DNA of 25,758 nt from an uncultured archaeon. GTDB taxonomy: Archaea > Aenigmatarchaeota > Aenigmatarchaeia > Aenigmatarchaeales > JACQIB01. Every line of letters starts with the position of its first letter. Position 1 is the first letter of the stretch. Positions 6,913 through 15,784 of this stretch are shown piece after piece. The notes below the pieces were generated by a model. It had not been told where the DNA came from and made no database searches. It saw only the letters and a list, made by a program, of their open reading frames with translations. The translations under genes and the position numbers were made by a program. The stretch is from assembly GCA_964601825.1 (NCBI GenBank), contig CAZROS010000001.1:1-25758 (forward strand). Direction: 5' to 3'.

Positions 6913-9681
6913 ATGATTCCGCTATTGCAGAAAATTCTTGAAGCAAATCTATGCGACTCTTGTGTAGGCAGGCAGTTTGGCCAATTGCTTTCAGGCTACA
7001 CAAACGCAGAGCGCGGGAAATTTCTGCGCGCTTTTGCAGCAACAGCTGTTGACGGGAGAAAGCTCTCAACAGAAAAAATAAATCCAAATAATTTTTCTGG
7101 CTTTAAGTTCAGGCAGAACGCGGATTTTGAGAAAATTCTAATAGGGGTGCGGGGTGCGAAGCATCCTGCGTGTGAATTGTGTTATGGACTTTTTGATAAC
7201 TTGGACAAAACAGCAAAGCGCATCTCAAACTCCCTAAGCAAATATGAATTCTCAACTTTTGTTATTGGCACAAACCTCTCGCGCAAACTTTTGGATGCAG
7301 AAGAGAAATTGTGGGAGCGCTGCGGAATTGATTATTGCGAGCCCATGCGGGCTGAATTAAACAGAGAGCTGGGCAAGCGAGTTGAAAAAATTGCAGGAAA
7401 AAAAGCAGACTTGAAAAAACCTGACATTGCTGTTCTCTTGGACATGGAAGCGAACAAAGTTTGGCTGAATGTAAACCCGCTTTTTATTTTCGGCTATTAC
7501 CAAAAATTGCAGCGCGGATTCCCGCAATGCAAATGGGGCACGCCTCACAAATACAAAACTTCTGTTGAGGAGCAAGTGGGTTTGCCTGCTTTAAAATTAA
7601 CTTTAGGAAGAGACCACAAATTTCACGGATGTGTCGCTGGAGATACGAAAATCCTACTCAACGAATGTTCGCTTCCAATCAGAGAGTTAGAAAATTCCTA
7701 CAGCAAACATGAAGCAATGTCTTTTGACGAGAAAGAGAAAAAAATAGTTGCATCAGATATAAAAGATTTCATGAAAATGAAAGCCGTCATATATAAAGTT
7801 AAAACAAAAGAAACCGGAAGAGATATACTTGTTACAAATGAGCATCCGTTCTTTACATCCGAAGGGATGAAGCCGCTTGCGAACTTAAAAATGGGCGAGC
7901 TTGTCGCTGTTAATCCTTTAGAGCCCGCCACATATTCTGAATTTAAAGGAAAAATAATTTCAGATGAAAAAGAAATTAATTTAGTTATAGAGAAATATGC
8001 GCCGACTTCTTTCAAATCTAAAATAATCAAAGAGCTGAAAGAAAGAAAATTGCTGCCGCTTTTTGCTGATAGCCCCTCTGCTTTGATTCTTGCGAGAATC
8101 GCGGCATTTCTGTTTGGAGATGGAAATGTAAGATATACAAGAAAAAGAGATGTTGGAATAGAGTTTTATGGTGAAGTTGTTGACTTGAGAGAAATACAAA
8201 AAGATTTAGAAAAATTGGGATTTAAGTCTGAACTTTATAAGAGAAATTTGAGAACATCAATTATAAAAGATTATTATGGAAACGAAAAAATAATAGAACC
8301 CAAAAAAGAGCAGAGAGTTTTGGTTTGCTATTCTAAAAGCTTGTGGGCTTTGCTTGTAGCATTGGGCGTGCCTGTGGGAAATAAAGTTGTAAACGAATTT
8401 AAAATACCAGATTGGATAAAAGAGTCAGACTCATTCAAGAGAGAATTTCTCGCTTCTTTATTTGCTTGCGAGATGGACGTTCCAAGATTAGACAAAAGAA
8501 ATTACAACAGAAAGAGCTTTAACACTCCCAGATTTTCTCTGAACAAAATAGAAAGCAAAGTCAATAACATGGTTGCATTTATGGAAGATATAAAAGAAAT
8601 TCTTTCGGAGTTTGGAATAAGAACTCTCAAATTAAGGCTTCTGCCTTACACTACAAGAAAAGATGGAAATAAATCTATAAAGGTAATACTGGACTTCAAT
8701 AACAGTTTTGAAAATCTGATAAATTTATACAACAAAATAAACTTCAGGTACTGCAGGCAGAAAGAAATTCGCTCTAAACATGTACTGGAATATCTGCTCA
8801 TGAAAAAATATTTTGTTGATAAGCGCAAAGAGCTTTACAAAAAAGCTTTGGAATTAAAGAAAGATGGAATGAAATTATCTGAAATTCATAGAAAGCTGAA
8901 TAGCGATCATGTTAGTAAAAAAGACTTGTGGCTGTGGGTTAGTGGCAATATAAAAAATAGAAATATAAAAGTTCGGAATAATTTCCCAAGTTTTGATGAT
9001 TGGCTCAAAAAACATTCAGAGGGACTTGCTTATGGGTTGATTTGGGAAACAATAGAATCTGTAGAAAAGGTTGGTGAAGATTTCGTTTATGATTTGACCA
9101 TTCCAAGAAATCATAATTTCTTTGCCAACGGCTTTTTGGTTTCAAACTCCGGCCGCGAGGATATTGATGCACGTTGCCTTGCCTGGCGGCCGTTTGTTTT
9201 GGAGATTGCAAAGCCGCGGCTGCGCAAAATTGATTTAAAGAGATTAGAAAAAACAATTTCAAAATCAAAAAAAATAAAAGTCCGCGGATTGAAATTTTCC
9301 AATATGGAAACTGTCCGCGAAATTAAAGCAGCAGCTGTTGACAAAACTTACAGAGCGCTCGTTCAATTGAAAAAATCCATTAGCAAAAAAGATTTGAAAA
9401 AACTTTCTGCTTTGCGCGGAACAATTTCCCAGCGCACTCCTGAAAGAGTTTTGCACAGGCGCGCGGATTTACATAGAAAGCGCGAGGTTATTTCAATAAA
9501 AGCAAAATTAAAAAATAAAAAAACTTTGGAGCTTGTGATAAAGGGGAGCGCAGGGCTTTACATCAAGGAATTAATTTCCGGAGACAATGGCAGGACGCGC
9601 CCGAGCGTTTCAGAAGTTCTTGGGACAGAAGCGAAGTGCAAGGAATTAGATGTTGTAAATATAGGAAAGATAAAACTTTAG
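6913..9681 (+). CDS. pus10: tRNA pseudouridine 54/55 synthase Pus10 precursor containing an intein (416 aa after splicing)
   Basis: N-terminal LCDSCVGRQF and CELC Zn ligands, THUMP region 'AELNRELGKR', catalytic 'FHG|SGREDIDARCL', C-terminal 'SQRTPERVLHRRAD' and 'AGLYIKELISGDNGRTRPS'. Confidence 0.95.
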   Translation: MIPLLQKILEANLCDSCVGRQFGQLLSGYTNAERGKFLRAFAATAVDGRKLSTEKINPNNFSGFKFRQNADFEKILIGVRGAKHPACELCYGLFDNLDKTAKRISNSLSKYEFSTFVIGTNLSRKLLDAEEKLWERCGIDYCEPMRAELNRELGKRVEKIAGKKADLKKPDIAVLLDMEANKVWLNVNPLFIFGYYQKLQRGFPQCKWGTPHKYKTSVEEQVGLPALKLTLGRDHKFHGCVAGDTKILLNECSLPIRELENSYSKHEAMSFDEKEKKIVASDIKDFMKMKAVIYKVKTKETGRDILVTNEHPFFTSEGMKPLANLKMGELVAVNPLEPATYSEFKGKIISDEKEINLVIEKYAPTSFKSKIIKELKERKLLPLFADSPSALILARIAAFLFGDGNVRYTRKRDVGIEFYGEVVDLREIQKDLEKLGFKSELYKRNLRTSIIKDYYGNEKIIEPKKEQRVLVCYSKSLWALLVALGVPVGNKVVNEFKIPDWIKESDSFKREFLASLFACEMDVPRLDKRNYNRKSFNTPRFSLNKIESKVNNMVAFMEDIKEILSEFGIRTLKLRLLPYTTRKDGNKSIKVILDFNNSFENLINLYNKINFRYCRQKEIRSKHVLEYLLMKKYFVDKRKELYKKALELKKDGMKLSEIHRKLNSDHVSKKDLWLWVSGNIKNRNIKVRNNFPSFDDWLKKHSEGLAYGLIWETIESVEKVGEDFVYDLTIPRNHNFFANGFLVSNSGREDIDARCLAWRPFVLEIAKPRLRKIDLKRLEKTISKSKKIKVRGLKFSNMETVREIKAAAVDKTYRALVQLKKSISKKDLKKLSALRGTISQRTPERVLHRRADLHRKREVISIKAKLKNKKTLELVIKGSAGLYIKELISGDNGRTRPSVSEVLGTEAKCKELDVVNIGKIKL
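7630..9147 (+). mobile_element. Intein with LAGLIDADG homing endonuclease (506 aa)
   Basis: Starts CVAGDTKILL, block B VTNEHPFF, endonuclease motifs ARIAAFLFGDG and FLASLFACE, block F/G VYDLTIPRNHNFFANGFLVSN, followed by Ser+1. Confidence 0.95.
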
Positions 9682-9737
9682 TCACTAGTAGTCACAAAGG
9701 TTTATATCGCACTTCATTCCTTTCTTTTCAGATTCGT

Positions 9738-10880
9738 ATGGATTTATCTGTTATAGAAAATGATTTTAAAACAGTTCTCAGCCAGAAAAGGCTTTTAGAC
9801 CATCTGAGAACACAGTACAATGGCTGCACTTTGGTTTATGCAAAAAGGCATGGAAGCCAATGGAGGGCTGGAAATGTTGTTCTAGAAATTGGAATAGAAA
9901 GTGGCAGCGGCACGCGGAAAAGAGAAATTATAAAATACTATAACGACCCAGCTTATGATGCAGTAAGCGACCCGCAACAAAAAGAATATTTACAGAGATG
10001 CTACAAGGGAAATGAAATAAGGCAGCAACTGAGATTATCCACACATTACCCAAAAATGTTTCCGAGAGTTTTATGCGATGATGACAGGGCTGTGCTTATG
10101 GAATTCAAGGAAGGCGAAAGCGCTTTAGAAGTTTTCAAATCTGGTAAAGAAGATTCGAGAGATAAGGCTGCAAGATTTTCAAGGCTCGCTCCTCAAAGGC
10201 TTCAAGAAATGTTTTCAACATATCCTAAATCTGATGCGCCTAATTCACATTGCTTGGAAGATGTTTCGCGGACAATTTTTTACCATACAGAAAGGCTGCG
10301 CAATGACAGCAGATTTAATTTGCCGGAAGAAGAGTTTAGAAGAATTGTAGATCTAACAAGAGAGTGGAGCCTAAAACTTTCGAAAAGATATGTTGGCCAG
10401 CCAATTCATGGAGATTTGAATGCTGATAATTTGAGAATTACAGAAAGCGGCGAGCTTTCCCTGATAGACCCGAAAGATGATTCTAGCAACAGCATTGTAA
10501 AAGATTTCGGCAGGTATGTGCCGTCATTTTTAGTTAACTGCTTCGATTACAGTGGTTGGGGTGTTGATTTCGCAGCCGCGCGAGCTAAGGAAATGATAAA
10601 GAGTTTGAACTTAACAAAAGAGGAAGTTGCAAGATTGAGATTTTTCTCTGGCCAGTCAATGCTTTCGTTTTCTTATTATGGAACTCAAAAAGATGGAAAA
10701 GATAACAGCGGAAATCCAAAAAGAAACGGCCCGCTTTCGCAAACATACAGAAGGCATTCTATAAGAACTTTGAGTGATTTGGAAGCTGCTGGCAAGGAGG
10801 ATGTGGACACGTTTGCAGAATCTTTTGCTGGAACTTTTGTGGAAGAAGCACAAAAATATCAAGCTGTTGCAGGTGTTTGA
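9738..10880 (+). CDS. Aminoglycoside phosphotransferase/choline kinase-like protein
   Basis: IHGDLNADN catalytic loop and LIDP motif. The ATG at 9738 avoids the overlap with pus10 implied by the track start 9636. Confidence 0.75.
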   Translation: MDLSVIENDFKTVLSQKRLLDHLRTQYNGCTLVYAKRHGSQWRAGNVVLEIGIESGSGTRKREIIKYYNDPAYDAVSDPQQKEYLQRCYKGNEIRQQLRLSTHYPKMFPRVLCDDDRAVLMEFKEGESALEVFKSGKEDSRDKAARFSRLAPQRLQEMFSTYPKSDAPNSHCLEDVSRTIFYHTERLRNDSRFNLPEEEFRRIVDLTREWSLKLSKRYVGQPIHGDLNADNLRITESGELSLIDPKDDSSNSIVKDFGRYVPSFLVNCFDYSGWGVDFAAARAKEMIKSLNLTKEEVARLRFFSGQSMLSFSYYGTQKDGKDNSGNPKRNGPLSQTYRRHSIRTLSDLEAAGKEDVDTFAESFAGTFVEEAQKYQAVAGV

Positions 10881-11390
10881 ATGATAGTAATTTTTTCGGG
10901 CCTGTCGGGTTCGGGAAAAACCGCAATAGCTTTTTCACTTGCAAAGAAAATTGGCGCAGAAATAATCAGAAACGATGAAATAAGAAAATCTCTTTTTCCC
11001 AATCCAACCTATTCTGAAGAGGAGAAAAAAGTAGTTTACAAAACAATGTTCTTGCTCGCGAAAAAAATTTCTGAATCTGGAAAGCATGTTATTTTGGATG
11101 CAAGTTTTTATAAAAAATCTTTGAGAGATGAGGCGCGCTCTTTGGGAAAAACTTTTCTGGTTTACACAAAATGTCCTTTGGAGATTTGTGTGCAGCGCAC
11201 AAACCACAGAGATGGAAGTGAAGTTGCTGAAAGCGATAAGAGAACTTATGCGCTGAACGAAAAATACGGAACACTTCCTGGAATTAGTGTGCCATTTGAA
11301 GAGCCAGAGGATGCCGACTTAACTTTGAAAACAGACAATCTTAGTATAGAAGAAAGTGTTGAGAAAATACTTAATGAAATAAAGAATTAA
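10881..11390 (+). CDS. P-loop small-molecule kinase (AAA_33/adenylylsulfate-kinase-like)
   Basis: GLSGSGKT Walker A, VILDAS Walker B, C-terminal 'PGISVPFEEPEDADLTLKTD' resembling CysC. Abuts the upstream stop (TGAATG). Confidence 0.8.
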   Translation: MIVIFSGLSGSGKTAIAFSLAKKIGAEIIRNDEIRKSLFPNPTYSEEEKKVVYKTMFLLAKKISESGKHVILDASFYKKSLRDEARSLGKTFLVYTKCPLEICVQRTNHRDGSEVAESDKRTYALNEKYGTLPGISVPFEEPEDADLTLKTDNLSIEESVEKILNEIKN

Positions 11391-11413
11391 AGCTTTGAAA
11401 GCGAGCAATAATT

Positions 11414-11623
11414 ATGCAAGTCAATGTTACAGGAGGCAAGAATTTCTATTCTTTCAGAATACGCGAAGAGGATTGCAGGCTTGAAGTTATAGCAGATAAA
11501 AAAGGCAGACATATACGCTATTTGAGAAATAATGTAGCTTATTGGGGAGGAGACATAAGACCTGAAGAGAATGAAGCAGAATCCCTGAGAAATGCTCTCA
11601 ATAATAAGCTGAGGGAAGGATGA
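11414..11623 (+). CDS. Hypothetical protein (69 aa), possibly truncated
   Basis: Co-oriented ORF filling the gap; no recognised family. Confidence 0.45.
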   Translation: MQVNVTGGKNFYSFRIREEDCRLEVIADKKGRHIRYLRNNVAYWGGDIRPEENEAESLRNALNNKLREG

Positions 11624-11649
11624 GAAGCAAGCCACGCACTTACAGGAGA

Positions 11650-11811
11650 TTATGGAGTTTCAACAACTTTTTCAAATGCGGCTCTTTCAAGCGGAGTCCT
11701 TGGCTCGGTTCTCGTATAAAAAGCTATAATACCCTTTACAATATCCGGGGAAATCTCCGGTGTTTTAATTAGAGTGTCATCCAAATCCAATGCTAGGAAA
11801 GTTTCTGGCAT
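11650..11811 (-). pseudogene. Inverted 5' fragment of a HAD-family hydrolase
   Basis: MPETFLALDLDDTLIKT (HAD motif I DxDxT), TTTTAAAG box 28 nt upstream, stops after 53 aa at an inverted-repeat junction. Confidence 0.7.
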
Positions 11812-11886
11812 AAAAACATCTGTAACTAAATCTTTAAAAGAGTTTATTTTGAACAGCTTCTTTTTTAATTTGAATTTCAACACCAT

Positions 11887-12363
11887 CTCCACATTCTGAT
11901 GTTAGAGATATTGATGCAGCTTATGAGCACATGATGGCTGACAGGACAATAAAATCCCGCACAGAAGTTATGAAAAAAGAAGGAATTTACGAAACAGTTT
12001 ATTTGAATGCGAACAGATTTTTCGATCCAACTCCTTATAGATTAGAGCTTGCTCCGCGCGGGCTTGTTATAAGAAATACCGGATTTGCGGGGCTTTTTCG
12101 ATGATATTGTAACTGCAGATGAGATCGGAATCAAGCTCGGTACAGGGGCTTTTGAATTTTTGAAAGATAAATGCGGCGGAAGAATTGTTTATGTTGATGA
12201 CAATCCTGATTACATTCAGGTGGGAAGACAGAAAGGTTTGGAAAGCTATCACACACGCGAGTTCGCTCGCAAGGCTTATGAAGATGGATGTAAATCGATG
12301 AGTCTGCCTTGTATCGGAGGTTTGCAGGAAATCAGACATGTGGCTTCTCTATCTGGGCAATAG
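11887..12363 (+). pseudogene. 3' part of the same HAD hydrolase, frameshifted near 12084
   Basis: Open frame ...HSDVRDIDAAYEHMM...RNTG, then a +1 shift to LRGFFDDIVTADEIGIK...IVYVDDNPDYIQVGRQKG (HAD motifs III/IV). No motif I on this strand. Confidence 0.7.
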
Positions 12364-12964
12364 CAGATGATAAATCGTAAACTTTTTCTATGTACGCATC
12401 AGCTTCTTTGGATTCAGAACCAACCAAAATTCCTTTCAGCCCCTTTAATTTTGCTGGCAGAATATCTTTCTTCAAGCTATCTCCAACCATTGCAGCATTT
12501 TCAGGCTTAAAGCCCATCTCATCCAGAATTATATCAAAAATTTTTGTGTTCGGCTTTGATTTTTCAAAATATTCCGCCCCGTAGATTTTTTTGAAAAAAC
12601 TTTCTATTTTTAGAATTTTTAAAATCCTTTCCGCAACATCTGTCGGGCTGTTTGAAGCAATAACCAGAGTGTTGTTTTTGGAAATATTTTCAATAACTTC
12701 ATAAAGTTTTTCATCATATTTCAAATGCTTTTCAATATTGGATTTTCTCAGGATTTCAAACATATCTTTTCTTTGCAATCCGAGAGAGAGTAAAACTTGG
12801 GTGCGGCTGTCGAGCTCTTTCAGCTTTTCTTCCATAATTTCTTTAGCTCTATCTTCAGAAACCTTCTGATTTTCAGCAATTTTTCTTATAATCATTTCAT
12901 CTCTTTCTTTCCACAGGCTTTCAGAAAAATACAGGGTTTTGTCCAAGTCAAAAATTATCAGCAT
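12332..12964 (-). CDS. HAD-superfamily hydrolase (nucleotidase-like)
   Basis: MLIIFDLDKTL, ASNS, KPN, MVGDSLKKDI: all four HAD motifs. Start moved to ATG 12964. Confidence 0.88.
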   Translation of the reverse strand: MLIIFDLDKTLYFSESLWKERDEMIIRKIAENQKVSEDRAKEIMEEKLKELDSRTQVLLSLGLQRKDMFEILRKSNIEKHLKYDEKLYEVIENISKNNTLVIASNSPTDVAERILKILKIESFFKKIYGAEYFEKSKPNTKIFDIILDEMGFKPENAAMVGDSLKKDILPAKLKGLKGILVGSESKEADAYIEKVYDLSSAIAQIEKPHV

Positions 12965-12973
12965 GGAAAACAT

Positions 12974-13000
12974 TTGTATAAAAGATTTAAATACGTATTG
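12974..13000. promoter_or_regulatory. Bidirectional AT-rich promoter between the HAD and dCMP deaminase genes
   Basis: TATAAAAG and TTTAAATA elements in the 48-bp gap between divergent ATGs. Confidence 0.45.
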
Positions 13001-13012
13001 TGTAATAGATAT

Positions 13013-13498
13013 ATGCAAAAAGCAATTATCAGGCCGCCGTGGGATGAGTATTTCATGAATATTGCTCACGCAGTTAAAGCCCGCTCAAATTGCATTAAGA
13101 GGCAAGTTGGCGCAGTTATTGCAAAAGACAATAGAATTATTTCTACCGGCTATAATGGAACCCCCAGAAAAATAAAAAATTGCAACGAGGGCGGCTGCGA
13201 GCGCTGCAATTCAAACACTCCATCTGGAAAAGATTTGGATAAATGCATTTGCTCGCATGCTGAAGAAAATGCAATAACTCAGGCAGCGCTTCATGGAGTC
13301 AGGCTTGAGGGAGCGCAAGTTTACACAACTTTCACTCCATGCACAGCCTGCACAAAATTAATACTTGGCGCAGGAATTTCTAAAGTTGTAGCTGCAGAAA
13401 ATTATCCAGACAAAAGAGGCATGGCGCTTTTGAAAGAAGCCAAAATAGAGTTTGAATTTCTTGACACAACGCGCCAGAAATCTTTTAGGGAATTTTAG
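13013..13498 (+). CDS. dCMP deaminase
   Basis: RPPWDEYFM, STGYNG, HAEENAI and PCTAC Zn motifs. Start moved to ATG 13013, sharing a divergent promoter with the HAD gene. Confidence 0.93.
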   Translation: MQKAIIRPPWDEYFMNIAHAVKARSNCIKRQVGAVIAKDNRIISTGYNGTPRKIKNCNEGGCERCNSNTPSGKDLDKCICSHAEENAITQAALHGVRLEGAQVYTTFTPCTACTKLILGAGISKVVAAENYPDKRGMALLKEAKIEFEFLDTTRQKSFREF

Positions 13499-13983
13499 TA
13501 TTTTCCGACATCAATCCCAACATCTCTTGGGCCAAAAGCCATAGGCAACAATTCGCTTATTTTCACTATGTAAACTAAAGTTTTATCTGTGTTTGACATC
13601 ACAACTTCTGTATCCACTCCAGAAACTTGTGAAACTTCATAAATAGCCTGCCTGCACATTCCGCAAGGAGTTACAGGCTTATCTAATTTATTTTTTCCTT
13701 TTCCAATAACAGCTATTGCTTTTATTTTTCTTTTCCCATGTGAGCCGGCGTGATAAAGTGTTGTCTGCTCTGCGTGGGAAGTATTGCTGTATGCCGCGTT
13801 TTCAAAATTCGCTCCGCCGAAAATTTCTCCATCGATTGTCATAGCTGCTGCGCCAACAGAAAATCTAGAATATGGATTGTAAGGATTTTCATTCATTTGC
13901 TTTTCCGCTTCATCTAGCAATCTCTTATATTCATCAGAAAGCTTATCGTAGCTTACCTCTTCAATTGTAGCTTTAATTTCCAT
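13495..13983 (-). CDS. cdd: Cytidine deaminase
   Basis: PYSRFSVGAA, GANFENAAY, HAEQ, PCGMCRQ, ELLPMAF. Confidence 0.93.
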   Translation of the reverse strand: MEIKATIEEVSYDKLSDEYKRLLDEAEKQMNENPYNPYSRFSVGAAAMTIDGEIFGGANFENAAYSNTSHAEQTTLYHAGSHGKRKIKAIAVIGKGKNKLDKPVTPCGMCRQAIYEVSQVSGVDTEVVMSNTDKTLVYIVKISELLPMAFGPRDVGIDVGKY

Positions 13984-14003
13984 ATCTATGATAGAAATCC
14001 AAA

Positions 14004-14645
14004 TTATTTAAACCCATCTAGAAGCCTTCCAATCTGGCTGTTCAATCTTTCCAAATCCCCATTATTCTCAATCCTTGCATCAGCCATTCTGAAAACTTTG
14101 TCCATTCCTTTATTCTTCATATCCATCTCATCGCGCGCCAAAAACTTTTCATAGCTTGCAGTTGGATCCTGAAGTTTTCTGCGCTCAAATCTAATCTTTG
14201 GCTCTGCGTGCACATGAATTAATTTAAAGTTTTTAAAATTTTTTCTAAACAATTGGACTTCATCTTCAGATCTGAAGCCATCAACAATAAACTTTTCTTT
14301 GCTTGAAGAAATAATATCTCTAACTAATGCGTCCGCAAGAATGTCTTTCTTTCCTGAAATGAAACGCACAATATCTCCGAGCTTGGAAATTATCATTCTG
14401 TCCTCTTCTGGATTTCCTTTCAATAGCCCGCGCGCTTCTGCTTCCCTGCGCAAAATATCCGAGAAAACAAAAACTCCGAATCCCGCTTCTGTGAATTTTT
14501 TTGAAATTGTTTCTTTTCCTGCAGCAGCCGGCCCAGTCAGCCCAATAATAATTTTGCTTTCATTTTTCTGCGGCATTGCTGGTGGAGAAATTATTTTTCT
14601 CTTTTCATCTTCAGAAAGCGCGCCGATTGGGTTGAAGTCTGGCAT
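14004..14645 (-). CDS. Nucleoside monophosphate/dephospho-CoA kinase-like P-loop protein
   Basis: IIIGLTGPAAAGKET, IVDGFRS, RFERRK, IENNGDL. Start moved to ATG 14645. Confidence 0.8.
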   Translation of the reverse strand: MPDFNPIGALSEDEKRKIISPPAMPQKNESKIIIGLTGPAAAGKETISKKFTEAGFGVFVFSDILRREAEARGLLKGNPEEDRMIISKLGDIVRFISGKKDILADALVRDIISSSKEKFIVDGFRSEDEVQLFRKNFKNFKLIHVHAEPKIRFERRKLQDPTASYEKFLARDEMDMKNKGMDKVFRMADARIENNGDLERLNSQIGRLLDGFK

Positions 14646-14706
14646 GCTTTTTGTTTGAGAGAGCGGATATAAAAAGATTTTTATACACGAGAAGAGAATA
14701 AATTTC

Positions 14707-14985
14707 ATGGCTTTCGGCGAGAGGATTTATGATAATGGTGGGATTTTGAAGTCTGCACCCAGAAGGGAAATTTTAGCAACTATTAAAGAGCGGGGTTGCG
14801 CAACATATTCTGAACTATATAGATTATTTATGGAGAGACATGAAAAAATGAGCAAGGGGACGCTTCAGTACCATTTGGAAGCTCTTGAAAAAAGCGGAGT
14901 CATAGTTAAGGGAGAACCTTCTGGACGCCGCAGGTCATACAGGATTTCAGGAGACTATTTAAATGTTAATCCTCAAGAAACTTAA
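14707..14985 (+). CDS. Winged-helix transcriptional regulator (ArsR-like)
   Basis: RREILATIK...SKGTLQYHLEALEKSGVI HTH/wing pattern. Confidence 0.8.
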   Translation: MAFGERIYDNGGILKSAPRREILATIKERGCATYSELYRLFMERHEKMSKGTLQYHLEALEKSGVIVKGEPSGRRRSYRISGDYLNVNPQET

Positions 14986-14995
14986 GTGATAAAAA

Positions 14996-15277
14996 ATGGT
15001 CGTAAAATCCCACGGCGCGCGCAAGCGAACAAGAGGAAAATTCCGCGGCCCGAAAAAATTAACTGTAAATGCCTACCTGAAAGAATTTTCCGCAGGCCAG
15101 AAAGTCGGGCTTGTTGTCAATTCCAGCTCGCAGAAAGGAATGCCCTTCCGCAGATTCCACGGGCTCACAGGAACAATTCTGGAAAAGCGCGGGCGCGGTT
15201 TTGTTGTAGAAGTTTTTGACGGCAATAAGAAAAAAATTATCACTGCAAGGCCTGAGCATTTGAAAGCGCTCAACTAA
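14996..15277 (+). CDS. rpl21e: 50S ribosomal protein L21e
   Basis: KSHGARKRTR, KGMPFRRFHGLTG, ARPEHLK. Confidence 0.96.
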   Translation: MVVKSHGARKRTRGKFRGPKKLTVNAYLKEFSAGQKVGLVVNSSSQKGMPFRRFHGLTGTILEKRGRGFVVEVFDGNKKKIITARPEHLKALN

Positions 15278-15310
15278 TGGGTTTAAATCCTTTTCTGTTC
15301 AATAGTTTTT

Positions 15311-15784
15311 ATGAGATATCAAGTAAACGCAGCTGCAAATGGAAGTGTGAGGCAGCCAGCCAGTATGCTTTCAATTGGCACGCAAGTAGCCGCTGATAAT
15401 GGTCTCTCTGTAAAATATGACAGGGAAGTTTTGCTAGGCACAGAATTTATAGAAGCAATTCGCAGAGGACCTAAGACCCATACAATAAAATTTCACCAAG
15501 AGGGCGGCAGAGATGTTATAAGGCTTCCGTTATACAGCAGGCTTCCGCTTTTGGAAAAAGTTGCAGGCAGCGCTCCTGCAAGAAAAGTCGCTGTTGTTGA
15601 TTTTGATTATGTGCGTGTTGAAAGATTTGGAGAGCTCTCAGAAGAAGATGCCATCTCCGATGGCTTTTCGAGTGAGGAAACTTTCAGAATAGAAACTGAA
15701 AATTTGGCAAGGCAGAGAGGATTCAATCTTACTCCACAAAGCCGTGTTTCCGTTTATCATATTGCTGAAGTCTTTTGGATTTAA
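15311..15784 (+). CDS. ASCH (PUA-like) domain protein
   Basis: 'EAIRRGPKTHTIK' and 'GELSEEDAISDGFSS' ASCH signatures. Confidence 0.75.
   Translation: MRYQVNAAANGSVRQPASMLSIGTQVAADNGLSVKYDREVLLGTEFIEAIRRGPKTHTIKFHQEGGRDVIRLPLYSRLPLLEKVAGSAPARKVAVVDFDYVRVERFGELSEEDAISDGFSSEETFRIETENLARQRGFNLTPQSRVSVYHIAEVFWI

Noticed and set aside
9636-9737. Track start of the APH-like ORF overlapping pus10
   Set aside because: The extension overlaps the pus10 3' end and the promoter region. ATG 9738 is more plausible.
11621-11650. TGA readthrough or alternative genetic code suggested by the open frame after the 69-aa ORF
   Set aside because: TGA correctly terminates srp54, trmY and other genes, so there is no sign of reassignment.
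11812-11892. N-terminal extension MEMVLKFKLKKK... of the minus-strand HAD fragment
   Set aside because: It runs through the TATA box and is an off-frame reading of the inverted segment.
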